Source of the DNA: Eledone cirrhosa
Taxonomy: Eukaryota
DNA length: 64,000 bases
Direction of reading: 5' to 3'
NCBI GenBank assembly: GCA_964016885.1
Contig: OZ024746.1
Coordinates: 85,126,001 to 85,190,000, forward strand
The position numbers and the translations under genes are program-made. Under the pieces are notes generated by a model. It made no database searches. It was given only the letters and a program-made list of their open reading frames with translations, and was not told the DNA's origin. Within the stretch, counting starts at the first letter, position 1, and each line of letters starts with the position of its first letter. This document shows, in pieces, positions 13,384 to 28,270 of this stretch.

Positions 13384-13980
13384 CTTCTGGTTTTATAATT
13401 ACACAAATGTTTACCAATAGAGAGACAGAGTCGGTTTCTCTCATTGGAATAATTTAGACATCAACTAGGTAGATGTGTATGCATGACTGCATGCATTCAT
13501 GTGTGTGCAGGTGCGGATCTTATTGTATGTGTGGGGGTGTATGTTTTGAGTTATATGTGTGCATGTGTATATGCTTTGTATCTGTACATGTGTACATGGA
13601 GTTATTAGATGCAGAATCTTTGGAATGTTTTACTTATTTTTATTGTTCCATTAATGGATTGTACTTGTAATTTCCTAACTAGTTGTGTTCTTTCTGTTTC
13701 TGTGAATCCCAGCTTCTCCAGTTTTCTACTGAGACAATGACTAACATACCCCAGTGCCCCAATAATCACAGGTGTAAATCTGAAGGTATAGTCAGGGTGG
13801 AGTATCTGCAGATGTGTCATTAATTCTCCATAATCCCAGCTTCTCCAGTTTTCTACTGAGACAATGACTAACATACCCCAGTGCCCCAATAATCACAGGT
13901 GTAAATCTAAAGGTATAGTCAGGGTGGAGTAGCTGCAGATTTGTCATTAATTCTCCATAGATATTCTCCTTTTCATGTAT
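13381..13980 (-). mobile_element. 5'-truncated R4/Dong/Rex6-like (restriction-like endonuclease) LINE 3' end, with a 127-bp internal tandem duplication
   Basis: Peptide KENIYGELMTNLQLLHP...TPVIIGALG...LQVQSINGTIKI matches the REL C-terminal pattern of R4-clade elements. The 3' UTR ends ATAAAACCAGAAGAAC and runs into (AC)n. Confidence 0.75.
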
Positions 13981-14096
13981 GGATATGTAAATATTTCTGT
14001 ATGTATGCATGTATGTATATATCGATATGAATGTATTTGTGTGTATATATGTATTTATATATGTATGTATCTAATATGCATACATATATATATATA

Positions 14097-15430
14097 TACA
14101 GCACCACCGTACACAGCACCACCATACACAGCACCACCGTACACAGCACCACCATACACAGCACCACCATACACAGCACCACCATACACAGCACCACCAT
14201 ACACAACACCACCATACACAGCACCACCATACACAGCACCACCATACACAGCACCACCATACACAGCACCACCATACACAACACCACCATACACAGCACC
14301 ACCATACACAGCACCACCATACACAGCACCACCATATACAACACCACCGTATACAACACCACCATACACAGCACCACCATACACAGCACCACCATACACA
14401 GCACCACAGCTACCACCATACACAGCACCACCATACACAGCACCTCCATACACAGCACCACCATACACAGCACCACCATATACAACACCACCATACACAG
14501 CACCACCATACACAGCACCACCATACACAGCACCACCATACACAGCACCACAGCTACCACCATACACAGCACCACCATACACAGCACCACCATACACAGC
14601 ACCACCATACACAGCACCACCATACACAGCACCACCATACACAGCACCACCATATACAACACCACCATACACAGCACCACCATATACAACACCACCATAC
14701 ACAGCACCACCATACACAGCACCACCATACACAGCACCACCATACACAGCACCACCATATACAACACCACCATACACAGCACCACCATACACAGCACCAC
14801 CATACACAGCACCACCATACACAGCACCACCATATACAACACCACCGTATACAACACCACCATACACAGCACCACCATACACAGCACCACCATACACAGC
14901 ACCACCATACACAGCACCACCATACACAGCACCACCATACACAGCACCACCATACACAGCACCACCATATACAACACCACCATACACAGCACCACCATAT
15001 ACAACACCACCATACACAGCACCACCATACACAGCACCACCATACACAGCACCACCATACACAGCACCACCATATACAACACCACCGTATACAACACCAC
15101 CATACACAGCACCACCATACACAGCACCACCATACACAGCACCACCATATACAACACCACCATACACAGCACCACCATATACAACACCACCGTACACAGC
15201 ACCACCATACACAGCACCACCATACACAGCACCACCATACACAGCACCACCATATACAACACCACCATACATAGCACCACCATACACAGCACCACAGCTA
15301 CCACCATACACAGCACCACCATACACAACACCACAGCTACCACCATACACAGCACCACCATATACAACACCACCATGCACAACACCACCATACACAGCAC
15401 CACAGCTACCACCATACACAGCACCACCAT
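14097..15430 (+). repeat. 15-bp minisatellite (TACACAGCACCACCA)n
   Basis: Directly visible, with variants TATACAACACCACCA and CAGCTA insertions. Confidence 0.97.
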
Positions 15431-18400
15431 AAACAGCACCCCAACACCACCACCACCAACAAGGCCACCACCATCACCAACAACAACAACAACACTAACA
15501 GCACCACCAACAACACCACCATCACCAACAACACCACCACCAACAACACCACCACCAACAACACCACCACCAACAACACCAACAACAACACCACCACCAA
15601 CAACACCAACAACATCACCACCAACAACAACACCACTAACAACACCACCGTCAACAACAACACCACCAACAACACCACCACCAACAACACGACCACCAAC
15701 AACACCAACAACATCACCACCAACAACACCACCACTAACAACACCACCATCACCAACAACACCACCAACAACACCACCACCAACAACACCACCACCAACA
15801 ACACCAACAACATCACCACCAACAACACCACCACCACCAACACCACCGTCAACAACAACACCACCACCAACACCACCACCAACAACACCACCAACAACAC
15901 CACCACCAAAACCACCAACACCACCACCAACAACCACACCACCACCAACAACACCACCAACACCACCACCAACAAGACCACCAACAACACCACCACCAAC
16001 ACCACCACCACCAACAACAACACCACCACCAACACCACCACCAACACCACCACCAACACCACCACCAACAACACCACCACCAACAACACCACCAACAACA
16101 CCACCACTAACAACACCACCAACCCCACCACCAACAACACCACCAACACCACCAACAACACCACCAACAACCACACCACCACCAACAACACCACCAACAC
16201 CACCACCAACAACACCACCAACAACACCACCACCAACAACACCACCACCAACAACACCACCAACAACACCACCACTAACAACACCACCAACACCACCACC
16301 AACAACACCACCAACACCACCAACAACACCACCAACAACCACACCACCACCAACAACACCACCAACACCACCACCAACAACACCACCAACAACACCACCA
16401 CCAACACCACCACCACCAACAACAACACCACCAACAACACCACCACCAACACCACCACCACCAACAAGAACACCACCATCACCACCAACACCACCACCAA
16501 CAACACCACCACCAACAACACCACCAACAACACCACCACTAACAACACCACCAACACCACCACTAACAACACCACCAACACCACCAACAACACCACCAAC
16601 AACACCACCACCAACACCACCACCAACACCACCACCAACAACACCACCACCAACAACACCACCAACAACACCACCACTAACAACACCACCAACACCACCA
16701 CCAACAACACCACCAACAACACCACCACCAACACCACCACCACCAACAACAACACCACCACCAACACCACCACCAACAACACCACCAACAACACCACCAC
16801 TAACAACACCACCAACAACACCACTAACAACACCACCACCAACAACACCACCAACACCACCACCAACAACACCACCAACAACACCACCACCAACACCACC
16901 ACCACCAACAACAACACCACCACCAACACCACCACCAACAACACCACCAACACCACCACCAACAACACCACCAACAACACCACCACCAACACCACCACCA
17001 CCAACAACAACACCACCACCAACACCACCACCAACAACACCACCAACAACACCACCACCAACACCACCACCAACACCACCACCAACACCACCACCAACAA
17101 CACCACCAACAACACCACCACCAACACCACCACCAACACCACCACCAACAACCACACCACCACCAACAACACCACCAACACCACCACCAACAACACCACC
17201 AACAACACCACCACCAACACCACCACCAACAACAACACCACCACCAACACCACCACCAACACCACCACCAACAACAACACCACCACCAACAACACCACTA
17301 ACAACACCACCACTAACAACACCACCACCAACAACACCACCAACAACACCACCACTAACAACACCACCACCAACAACAACACCACCACCAACACCACCAA
17401 CAACACCACCAACAACAACAACACCACCACCAACAACAACACCACCACCAACACCACCACCAACAACAACAGCACCACCACCAACAACAACACCACCACC
17501 AACACCACCAACAACACCACCAACAACAACAACACCACCACCAACAACACCACCACCAACACCACCAACAACACCACCACCAACACCACCACCAACAACA
17601 CCACCAACAACAACAACAACACCACCACCAACACCACCACCAACAACACCACCACCAACAACAACAACACCACCACCAACAACAACAACACCACTAACAA
17701 CACCACCACCAACAACACCACCAACAACAACAACACCACCACCACCAACAACACCACCACCAACAACACCACCACCAACAACAACAACACCACCACCAAC
17801 AACAACAACACCACTAACAACACCACCACCAACAACACCACCAACAACAACAACACCACCACCACCAACAACACCACCACCACCAACACCACCACCAACA
17901 ACACCACCACCAACAACAACAACACCACCAACAACAACACCACCACCAAACCACCGTCAATAACAACACCACTAACAACACCACTATAAACATCACCACC
18001 ACCAACAACACCACCACCAACACCAACACCAACAACAACACCAACACCACCACCACTAACAACACCACCATCACCAACAACACCACCAACAACACCACCA
18101 CCAACAACACCACCACCAACAACACCAACAACATCACCACCACCAACACCACCGTCAACAACAACACCACCACCAACACCACCACCAACAACACCACCAA
18201 CAACACCACCACCAACACCACCAACACCACCACCAACAACCACACCACCACCAACAACACCACCAACACCACCACCAACAACACCACCAACAACACCACC
18301 ACCAACACCACCACCACCAACAACAACACCACCACCAACACCACCACCAACACCACCACCAACACCACCACCAACAACACCACCACCAACAACACCACCA

Positions 18401-21363
18401 ACAACACCACCACTAACAACACCACCAACACCACCACCAACAACACCACCAACAACACCACCACTAACAACACCACCAACACCACCACCAACACACCACC
18501 AACAACACCACCACCAACACCACCCACAACAACACCACCACCAACACCACCACCAACAACACCACCAACAACACCACCACCAACAACACCACCAACACCA
18601 CCACCAACAACACCACCAACAACACCATCACCAACACCACCACCACCAACAACAACACCACCACCAACACCACCACCAACAACACCACCAACACCACCAC
18701 CAACAACACCACCAACAACACCACCACCAACACCACCACCACCAACCAACACCACCACCAACAACACCACCAACAACACCACCACCAACACCACCACCAA
18801 CACCACCACCAACACCACCACCAACAACACCACCAACAACACCACCACCAACACCACCACCAACACCACCACCAACAACCACACCACCACCAACAACACC
18901 ACCAACACCACCACCAACAACACCACCAACAACACCACCACCACCACCCACCACCAACAACAACACCACCACCAACACCACCACCAACACCACCACCAAC
19001 AACAACACCACCACCAACAACACCACTAACAACACCACCACTAACAACACCACCACCAACAACACCACCAACAACACCACCACTAACAACACCACCACCA
19101 ACAACAACACCACCACCAACACCACCAACAACACCACCAACAACAACAACACCACCACCACAACAACACCACCACCAACACCACCACCAACAACAACAAC
19201 ACCACCACCAACAACAACACCACCACCAACACCACCAACAACACCACCAACAACAACAACACCACCACCAACAACACCACCACCAACACCACCAACAACA
19301 CCACCACCAACACCACCACCAACAACACCACCAACAACAACAACAACACCACCACCAACACCACCACCAACAACACCACCACCAACAACAACAACACCAC
19401 CACCAACAACAACAACACCACTAACAACACCACCACCAACAACACCACCAACAACAACAACACCACCACCACCACCAACACCACCACCAACAACACCACC
19501 ACCACAACAACAACACCACCACCAACACCACCACCAACAACACCACCACCAACAACAACAACACCACCACCAACAACAACAACACCACTAACAACACCAC
19601 CACCAACAACACCACCAACAACAACAACACCACCACCACCAACAACACCACCACCAACAACACCACCACCAACAACAACAACACCACCACCAACAACAAC
19701 AACACCACTAACAACACCACCACCAACAACACCACCAACAACAACAACACCACCACCACCAACAACACCACCACCACCAACACCACCACCAACAACACCA
19801 CCAACAACAACAACACCACCACCACCAACAACACCACCACCACCAACACCACCACCAACAACACCACCACCAACAACAACACCACCACCAACAACAACAA
19901 CACCACCAACAACAACACCACCACCAAACCACCGTCAATAACAACACCACTAACAACACCACTATAAACATCACCACCACCAACAACACCACCACCAACA
20001 CCAACACCAACAACAACACCAACACCACCACCACCAACAACACCAACACCAACACCACCACCACCAACAACACCAACAACAACACCACCACCAACAACAC
20101 CACCACCAACACCACCAACAACACCACCAACACCACCACCAACACCACCACCAACAACACCACCACCAACACCACCAACACCACCACCAACACCACCACC
20201 AACAACAACACCACCAACACCACCAACAACAACACCACCAACACCACCACCAACACCACCACCAACAACAACACCACCACCAACAACACCACCAACAACA
20301 ACAACACCACCACCACCAACAACACCAACAACAACACCACCACCAACAACACCACCTCCAACACCACCAACAACAACACCACCAACACCACCACCAACAC
20401 CACCACCAACAACAACACCACCACCAACAACACCACCAACACCACCACCAACAACAACACCACCAACAACACCACCAACACCACCACCAACACCACCACC
20501 AACAACACCACCACCAACAACACCACCAACAACAACAACACCAACAACAACACCACCAACACCACCACCAACAACAACACCACCAACAACACCACCAACA
20601 CCACCACCAACACCACCACCACCAACACCACCACCAACAACAACACCACCACCAACAACACCAACAACAACACCACCACCAACAACACCACCACCAACAC
20701 CACCGTCAACAACAACACCACCACCAACACCACCACCAACAACACCACCAACAACACCACCACCAACACCACCACCAACACCACCACCAACAACAACACC
20801 ACCACCAACAACACCACCAACAACAACAACACCACCACCACCAACAACACCAACAACAACACCACCACCAACAACACCACCTCCAACACCACCAACAACA
20901 ACACCACCAACACCACCACCAACACCACCACCAACAACAACACCACCACCAACAACACCACCAACACCACCACCAACAACAACACCACCAACACCACCAC
21001 CAACACCACCACCAACAACAACACCACCACCAACAACACCACCAACACCACCACCAACAACACCACCACCAACAACACCACCAACACCACCACCAACACC
21101 ACCACCAACAACACCACCACCAACAACACCACCAACAACAACAACACCAACAACAACACCACCACCAAACCACCACCACTAACAACACCACTAACAACAC
21201 CACCAACAACAACAACACCACCACCAACAACACCACCAACAACAACAACACCACCACCAACAACACCACCAACAACAACAACACCACCACCAACAACAAC
21301 ACCACCAACACCACCACCACCACCAACACCACCACCACCACCAACACCACCAACACCACCGTC

Positions 21364-21395
<32 letters not shown>

Positions 21396-21396
21396 C
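15431..21396 (+). repeat. ~6-kb cryptic trinucleotide array of CCA/ACA
   Basis: Directly visible, with several phase shifts. Confidence 0.97.
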
Positions 21397-21499
21397 CAAT
21401 GCAGCGTGTAATTTGTAGTTTTAATAAATGTCCGGAATGAATGAAGCATTTGAAAATAAAACGAATGATAGGGGTATGATAAATGTAGAGAGGATGGTA

Positions 21500-21535
21500 T
21501 GGCTGGGTGTGTGTGTGTGTGATAATATGTGTGTT

Positions 21536-21571
<36 letters not shown>

Positions 21572-22930
21572 AGATAATATGTGTGAGAGAGAGGGAAGGA
21601 AAGTATGTGTGTGAGATATGTGTGTGTTGGTGTGTGTGTGATAATATGTGTGTGTTGGTGTGTGTGTGTGTGTGTGTATGTGAGATAATATGTGTGTGTG
21701 AGAGAGAGAGGGAAGGAAAGTATATGTGTGTGTGAGATATGTGTGTGTTGGTGTGTGTATGTGTGAGATAATATGTGTGTTTTGGTGTGTGTGTGATAAT
21801 ATGTGTGTGTTGGCGTGTGTGTGATAATATGTGTGTGATAATATGTGTGTGTTGGTGTGTGTGTGTATGTGAGATAATATGTGTGTGTGAGAAAGAGAGA
21901 GGGAAGGAAAGTATATGTGTTTGTGAGATATGTGTGTGTTGGTGTGTGTAAGTGTGTGTGTGTGAGAGAGAGAGAAAGAGGGAGGGAAACTATATGTGTG
22001 TATGTGTGAGAGAGAGAGAGAGAGATGTGTGTGTAGGTGCGTGTAAGTGTGTGTGTACGTGTGTGTGTAAGTGTGTGTGAGAGAACGGGAGAGAGGGAGG
22101 GAAAGTATATGTGTGTATGTGAGAGAGAAAGGGGGTAGTTATATGGAGTGTGTGAGAGATAATATGTGTGTGTTGGTGTGTGTAAGTGTGTGCGTGTAGG
22201 TGTGTGTGTGTGTGTAAGCGTGTGTGTAAGTGTGTGCGTGTAAGTGTGTGTGTGAGAGAGAAGGAGAGAGGGGGATGTATATGTGTGTATGTGTGTGAGA
22301 GAGAGAGAGATATGTGTGTAGGTGTGTGTAAGTGTTTGTGTAAGTGTGAGAGTGAGAGAGAGTGTGTGTGAGAGAGAGAGGGGGGAGAGAGTGTATATGT
22401 GTGTGTGAAAGAGAGAGAGAGGGGGTGAGAGTGTATGTGTGTATGTGTGTGAGAGAGAGTGTGTGTGTGTCTGTGTGTGTGTGTATGCGTGTGTATACAT
22501 ATATACGCACAGACACACACACATGCAAACACAAAAACGCAGACATATATACACACACACAAAAACACAGACATATATACACACAAAAACACAGCCATAT
22601 ATAGACACACACAAAAACATAGACATATATACACACACACAAAAACACAGACATATATACACACAAAAACACAGACATATATACACACACACAAAAACAC
22701 AGACATATATACACACACACAAAAACACATATACACACACACAAAAACACAGACACATATACACACACACAAAAACACAGACACATATACACACACACAC
22801 ACAAAAACACAGACACATATACACACACACAAAAACACAGACATATATACACACACAAAAACACAGACATATATACACACACATATACACAGATACATAT
22901 ACACACGTACAAACAGCCGTACACACACTT
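21500..22930. repeat. Compound (TG)/(GA) then (CA)-derived minisatellites
   Basis: TG-rich 21500-22495, then ACACAAAAACACAGACATATATAC-type units at 22530-22890. Confidence 0.9.
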
Positions 22931-23019
22931 GACCGGATCACTGAAAGTTGTAAGATGATGTGAGAGAGGGAGAGGGTTACTAATGACAAGGTGAAACAGA
23001 ATAGAAAAGGAGGAGGATG

Positions 23020-25010
23020 GTGTAGTGATGGTGATGATGGTGGTGTGGTGGTGGTATAGTGGTGATGGTGTTGTTGGTGTTGGTGGTGTTGGTGTTGGTG
23101 GTATGGTGGGGCTGGTGTTGGTGGTATGGTGGCGCTGGTGTTGATGGTATAGTGGCGCTGGTGTTGGTGGTGGTTGTAGTGGCGATGGTGATAGTGGTGG
23201 TGTTGGTGGTATAGTGGCGTTGGTTATGTTGGTGGTGTTGGTGGTATAGAGGCGCTGGTGTTGGTGGTGGTGTTGGTGGTATAGTGGCGCTGGTGTTGTT
23301 GGTGTTGTTGGTGGTATAGTGGCGCTGGTGTTGTTGGTGGTGTTGGTGGTATAGTGGTGCTGGTGTTGGTGGTATAGTGGCGCTGGTGTTGGTGGTATAG
23401 TGGCACTGGTGTTGGTGGTATAGTGGGGCTGGTCTTGGTGGTGTTGTTGGTGGTATAGTGGCGCTGGTGTTGGTGGTGGTGTTGGTGGTATAGTGGCGCT
23501 GGTGTTGGTGGTGTTGTTGGTGGTATAGTGGCGCTGGTGTTGGTGGTGGTGTTGGTGGTATAGTGGGGCTGGTGTTGGTGGTGGTGTTGGTAGTATAGTG
23601 GCGCTGGTGTTGGTGGTATAGTGGCGCTGGTGTTGTTGGTGCTGTTGGTGGTATAGTGGCGCTGGTGTTGGTGGTGGTGTTGGTGGTATAGTGGCGCTGG
23701 TGTTGGTGGTATAGTGGGGCTGGTGTTGGTGGTGGTGTTGGTGGTATAGTGGTGCTGGTGTTGGTGGTATAGTGGCGCTGGTGTTGGTGGTATAGTGGCA
23801 CTGGTGTTGGTGGTATAGTGGGGCTGGTCTTGGTGGTGTTGTTGGTGGTATAGTGGCGCTGGTGTTGGTGGTGGTGTTGGTGGTATAGTGGCGCTGGTGT
23901 TGTTGGTGGTGTTGGTGGTATAGTGGCGCTGGTGTTGGTGGTATAGTGGGGCTGGTGTTGTTGGTGGTGTTGGTGGTATAGTGGCGCTGGTGTTGGTGGT
24001 AGTGTTGGTGGTATAGTGGCGCTGGTGTTGGTGGTGGTGTTGGTGGTATAGTGGCGCTGGTGTTGTTGGTGGTGTTGGTGGTATAGTGGTGCTGGTGTTG
24101 GTGGTATAGTGGCGCTGGTGTTGGTGGTATAGTGGCACTGGTGTTGGTGGTATAGTGGGGCTGGTCTTGGTGGTGTTGTTGGTGGTATAGTGGCGCTGGT
24201 GTTGGTGGTGGTGTTGGTGGTATAGTGGCGCTGGTGTTGGTGGTGTTGTTGGTGGTATAGTGGCGCTGGTGTTGGTGGTGGTGTTGGTGGTATAGTGGTG
24301 CAGGTGTTGGTGGTGGTGTTGGTGGTATAGTGGGGCTGGTGTTGGTGGTGGTGTTGGTGGTATAGTGGCGCTGGTGTTGGTGGTGGTGTTGGTGGTATAG
24401 TGGTGCAGGTGTTGGTGGTGGTGTTGGTGGTATAGTGGCGCTGGTGTTGTTGGTGCTGTTGGTGGTATAGTGGCGCTGGTGTTGGTGGTGGTGTTGGTGG
24501 TATAGTGGCGCTGGTGTTGGTGGTATAGTGGGGCTGGTGTTGGTGGTGGTGTTGGTGGTATAGTGGCGCTGGTGTTGGTGGTATAGTGGCGCTGGTGTTG
24601 TTGGTGCTGTTGGTGGTATAGTGGCGCTGGTGTTGGTGGTGGTGTTGGTGGTATAGTGGGGCTGGTGTTGGTGGTGGTGTTGGTGGTATAGTGGCGCTGG
24701 TGTTGGTGGTATAGTGGGGCTGGTGTTGGTGGTGTTGTTGGTGGTATAGTGGCGCTGGTGTTGGTGGTGGTGTTGGTGGTATAGTGGCGCTGGTGTTGGT
24801 GGTATAGTGGCGCTGGTGTTGTTGGTGGTGTTGGTGGTATAGTGGCGCTGGTGTTGGTGGTGTTGTTGGTGGTATAGTGGCGCTGGTGTTGGTGGTGTTG
24901 GTGGTGGTATAGTGGCGCTGGTGTTGGTGGTGTTGGTGGTGGTATAGTGGCGCTGGTGTTGTTGGTGGTATAGTGGTGTTGGTGGTGTTGTTGGTGTGGG
25001 TGATGGTAGG
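23020..25010 (+). repeat. ~2-kb minisatellite, unit GGTGGTATAGTGGCGCTGGTGTT(GGTGGTGGTGTT) of 24/36 bp
   Basis: Directly visible. Confidence 0.97.
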
Positions 25011-25323
25011 GGTAGATGAAAAGGAGAAGGAGGAGAAAACCCATCGAAATTATGGAAGTTAGGAAACAGTAGATCGTTGTTGGTGTTGTTAAGCCCAGCT
25101 CAGCCCGGATTAAAGAGACCGATGGTGGCACTCCAACCATGGCCATCTCATCGTTTTCCTATGTTCACGGAACCCACGATCACATTATATTAATATTTCC
25201 CTTTCTCTCCTCCTCTCTCTGAAGACCCATATGTCAGTTTGTCAGCCTTTCTGTTTGTCTCTCCCCTTGTCTCTACCTTTTTCACTCTCTATCTCTTTCA
25301 ATCTATGTACTTCTCTCTCTCCT

Positions 25324-25374
<51 letters not shown>

Positions 25375-25516
25375 CTATCTATATATATATATATATATAT
25401 ATAAAACGGAGGAAATGTGGTAAGGAACCAGATGGACCATAACGACCATAACGCATTTAGTCCAGAATTAGCCGTCGAAACGGCTTGAGCTCAGCCGTCG
25501 GGGTCCTACTCGTTCC

Positions 25517-25602
<86 letters not shown>

Positions 25603-25784
25603 TGTGTATGGTCCTGTAACTCCTGATAGAGTCGTAGGGGTGCCATATTGATATAAGGTGGTTCTGAGGGTGTTTTAAGCCTGGCGGAGTCCATACCTCT
25701 TCAGGCTTGAATACAGGAGATTTATTCTAGAGAAAGATAGAAAGTGAGAGAGAGGAAATGAGAAAGAGATATAGAGGAAGAATC

Positions 25785-25935
25785 GATTCCCAGTACTAGA
25801 TTGGTAATTGTATCGACCTCGAAAGGCTGAAAAGCAAAGTTGACCTCGGTGGGATTTGAACTCAGACAACAGAGAGCCGGAACGAATACCAAAAAGCATT
25901 CTATCCAACGTTTTAACGATTCTGCCTATTCGCCG
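25785..25935 (-). mobile_element. tRNA-type SINE
   Basis: GCAAAGTTGACCTCGGTGGGATTTGAACTCAGA, the reverse of the B box plus core. Confidence 0.75.
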
Positions 25936-25951
25936 TGTGTGTGTGTGTGTT

Positions 25952-26008
<57 letters not shown>

Positions 26009-26031
26009 GTATATGTATATATATGTATATG

Positions 26032-26065
<34 letters not shown>

Positions 26066-26070
26066 CATAC

Positions 26071-26177
<107 letters not shown>

Positions 26178-26430
26178 AAATATATATATATATATATATA
26201 TTCTAGAGATAGATAGAGAGCAAACATCACGGGCGCTCTATCTCAAAATTATTTTTGAAAAGCATTAGAAATGCGCAACCGGTAAAAACTTAAACTGAAA
26301 CTGAATACTAACCAATACTTATTACTAATTTATACTTATTCCTAATTAAACTATTTTTCACTGGGAAAAATTTGTCAGCATTTTCTTTTCCTTTTACTAA
26401 TATATCACAACTCGTGTGTTACACCTCTAT

Positions 26431-26487
<57 letters not shown>

Positions 26488-26589
26488 CACATACACCAAT
26501 TAAACAAAGTCACAGGTATATATGTGTTTTGGCAACTATTCACGATGTGGCTCAATGAAGAATTAATAAATTAAATAATCAGACCAAAA

Positions 26590-27044
26590 TACTATAGAGT
26601 AAAGCATGTCCAGAGTATTATTTGGTAATATATACTTCGGAAAATAATATGTCCTAGCGAGTTTGTCCCCTGAAGAGCTCTAAAACTCGAGTATTATCCT
26701 TAATAAGATATCTCAAAAGTGAGCGAAACCCATGGGTCGGGATTTAGTGATTTAATCCTGGTATGTATATAAGCATTTCTAACATTAATTTTTACCTAAT
26801 TATGTATGGTTGACCGTATATTTAATTAATTTCCACGTGCTATTGAAATGTTGGGTAAATATTCTATGGCGGTTGGACGCGAAGACGCCGCAATGGCGTA
26901 TTTATTTACTGTTTCTTCATAGATGCCTTTTATTCTTATAGCCTGGTCTAATTGATTTTTTGTGTGGTTAATTATGCTGATTGGGAGTAGAGATGATGTA
27001 TATATATATTATCAAATAATTCTCTGGACATGCTTTACTCTATA

Positions 27045-27047
<3 letters not shown>
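26590..27047. mobile_element. Penelope-like/retrozyme-like element bounded by ~45-bp inverted repeats and carrying the hammerhead
   Basis: TACTATAGAGTAAAGCATGTCCAGAG at 26590 and its reverse complement ending at 27047. Confidence 0.6.
26666..26742 (+). ncRNA. Type I hammerhead ribozyme, canonical core, predicted cleavage after GUC at 26738
   Basis: TCCC-CTGAAGA-GCTC...GAGC-GAAA-CCCATGG-GTC-GGGA. Stem I TCCC/GGGA, stem II GCTC/GAGC, palindromic stem III ACCCATGGGT. Confidence 0.85.
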
Positions 27048-27096
<49 letters not shown>

Positions 27097-27187
27097 CGAA
27101 GGAAATGTGGTAAAGAACCAGATGGACCATAACGCACCAAATTACGCAATACTTATATATATATATATCCTGCTCTTTGCCCTCTGC

Positions 27188-27224
<37 letters not shown>

Positions 27225-27646
27225 TTCTCCCTCTCTCTCTTTCTCTCTCTTTCTCTCTCTCTCTCACTTTCTCTCCCTCACTCTCTCTCTCTCTCTCTTT
27301 CTGTATCTATCTCCCGCTCTTTGTCGCTCTATCTGTTCCTCTCTTTGTCTGTCACTCTCTGCTGTTTACTCCGATATAACTCCCGATGCAATATGGCTAA
27401 TGTCTGTACTTCTGCCCACTTTTCCCGTAAAATCCCCATCTTCACCTCGTCACCCAATATCTTTATCAGACTACCCTCCATTATTTTCATTTCTTTCTAT
27501 TTATGCTATTTTGCCATTTTCTACACATTTGCCCCTCCTTCAAGCAGATTCGTAGCCTGTGCGGCCTTCTGCTTCACCCTTCATTCATCTTTTGTCACAT
27601 AAACCCTGTCCCCAATTCGCTGTGACACCTGACCCATCTTCTAAAA

Positions 27647-27787
27647 CAGTGGTTCTCAACCGGGGTCCATGTAATATTCCTGGGGGTCCACAGGCAAGAA
27701 ATATTCTTTTGTCGAATAGCTATGAGGGGTCCACCCCCCCCCCCCAAAAAATAAGGGAAAAGGGGTCCAAAAGGTTGAGAACCACTG
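27647..27787. mobile_element. hAT (Charlie-type) MITE, 141 bp
   Basis: TIRs CAGTGGTTCTCAACC / GGTTGAGAACCACTG. 8-bp TSD TTCTAAAA / CTCTAAAA. Confidence 0.9.
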
Positions 27788-28089
27788 CTCTAAAACATAA
27801 CCCCTCTGAACAGTCCCAATTCTCCTCATAGTCTGTAGCATTAAATCCAGATTTGTTGTTTTCAATATGGTCTACAGCTCCCGATCAATTCAACTAGCAT
27901 CTCCTAAATGTACAACAGAATCTCCATCGATTTCAAAAGCAGGTTAGTAGATATACTCCCCATCACCTTTCCCTCTGTCCTCTTCAACATTACTCGGGTT
28001 ACCTATCACTTGACTCCTCTAAAAACGAAGATTAAACTTCCTATTAGGGACGCCTTCTCCTGCTGGAATTAATATTAATATCAATTAAA

Positions 28090-28270
28090 GTCAGGCAAAA
28101 TGCTTTAGTAACGACTTTCAACATTGTGAGTTCAAGTCCCACCAAAATGAACTTTGCCTTTTATACTTCGGAGGTCAATTAAATTAAACACCAGTAAAGT
28201 ATTAGGATCGATATAATCGACTTTCCCCTTCCCGCAAATTACTGGACATGTGTTAATGACAGAAACAATA
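28090..28270 (+). mobile_element. Degraded tRNA-type SINE
   Basis: GAGTTCAAGTCCCACC...AACTTTGCCTTT...GATCGATATAATCGAC. Confidence 0.65.

Noticed and set aside
13973-21449. Long Pro/Thr mucin-like and Val/Gly/Leu ORFs (up to 1310 aa)
   Set aside because: Open in several frames on both strands because the repeat units lack stops. Starts lie in microsatellite, phase shifts occur, and there is no signal peptide, domain or splice evidence.
14097-25010. CRISPR-like repeat arrays
   Set aside because: No unique spacers and no cas genes. These are eukaryotic tandem repeats.
22980-25146. His/Gln/Thr/Pro-rich ORFs
   Set aside because: Translations of the 24/36-bp minisatellite.
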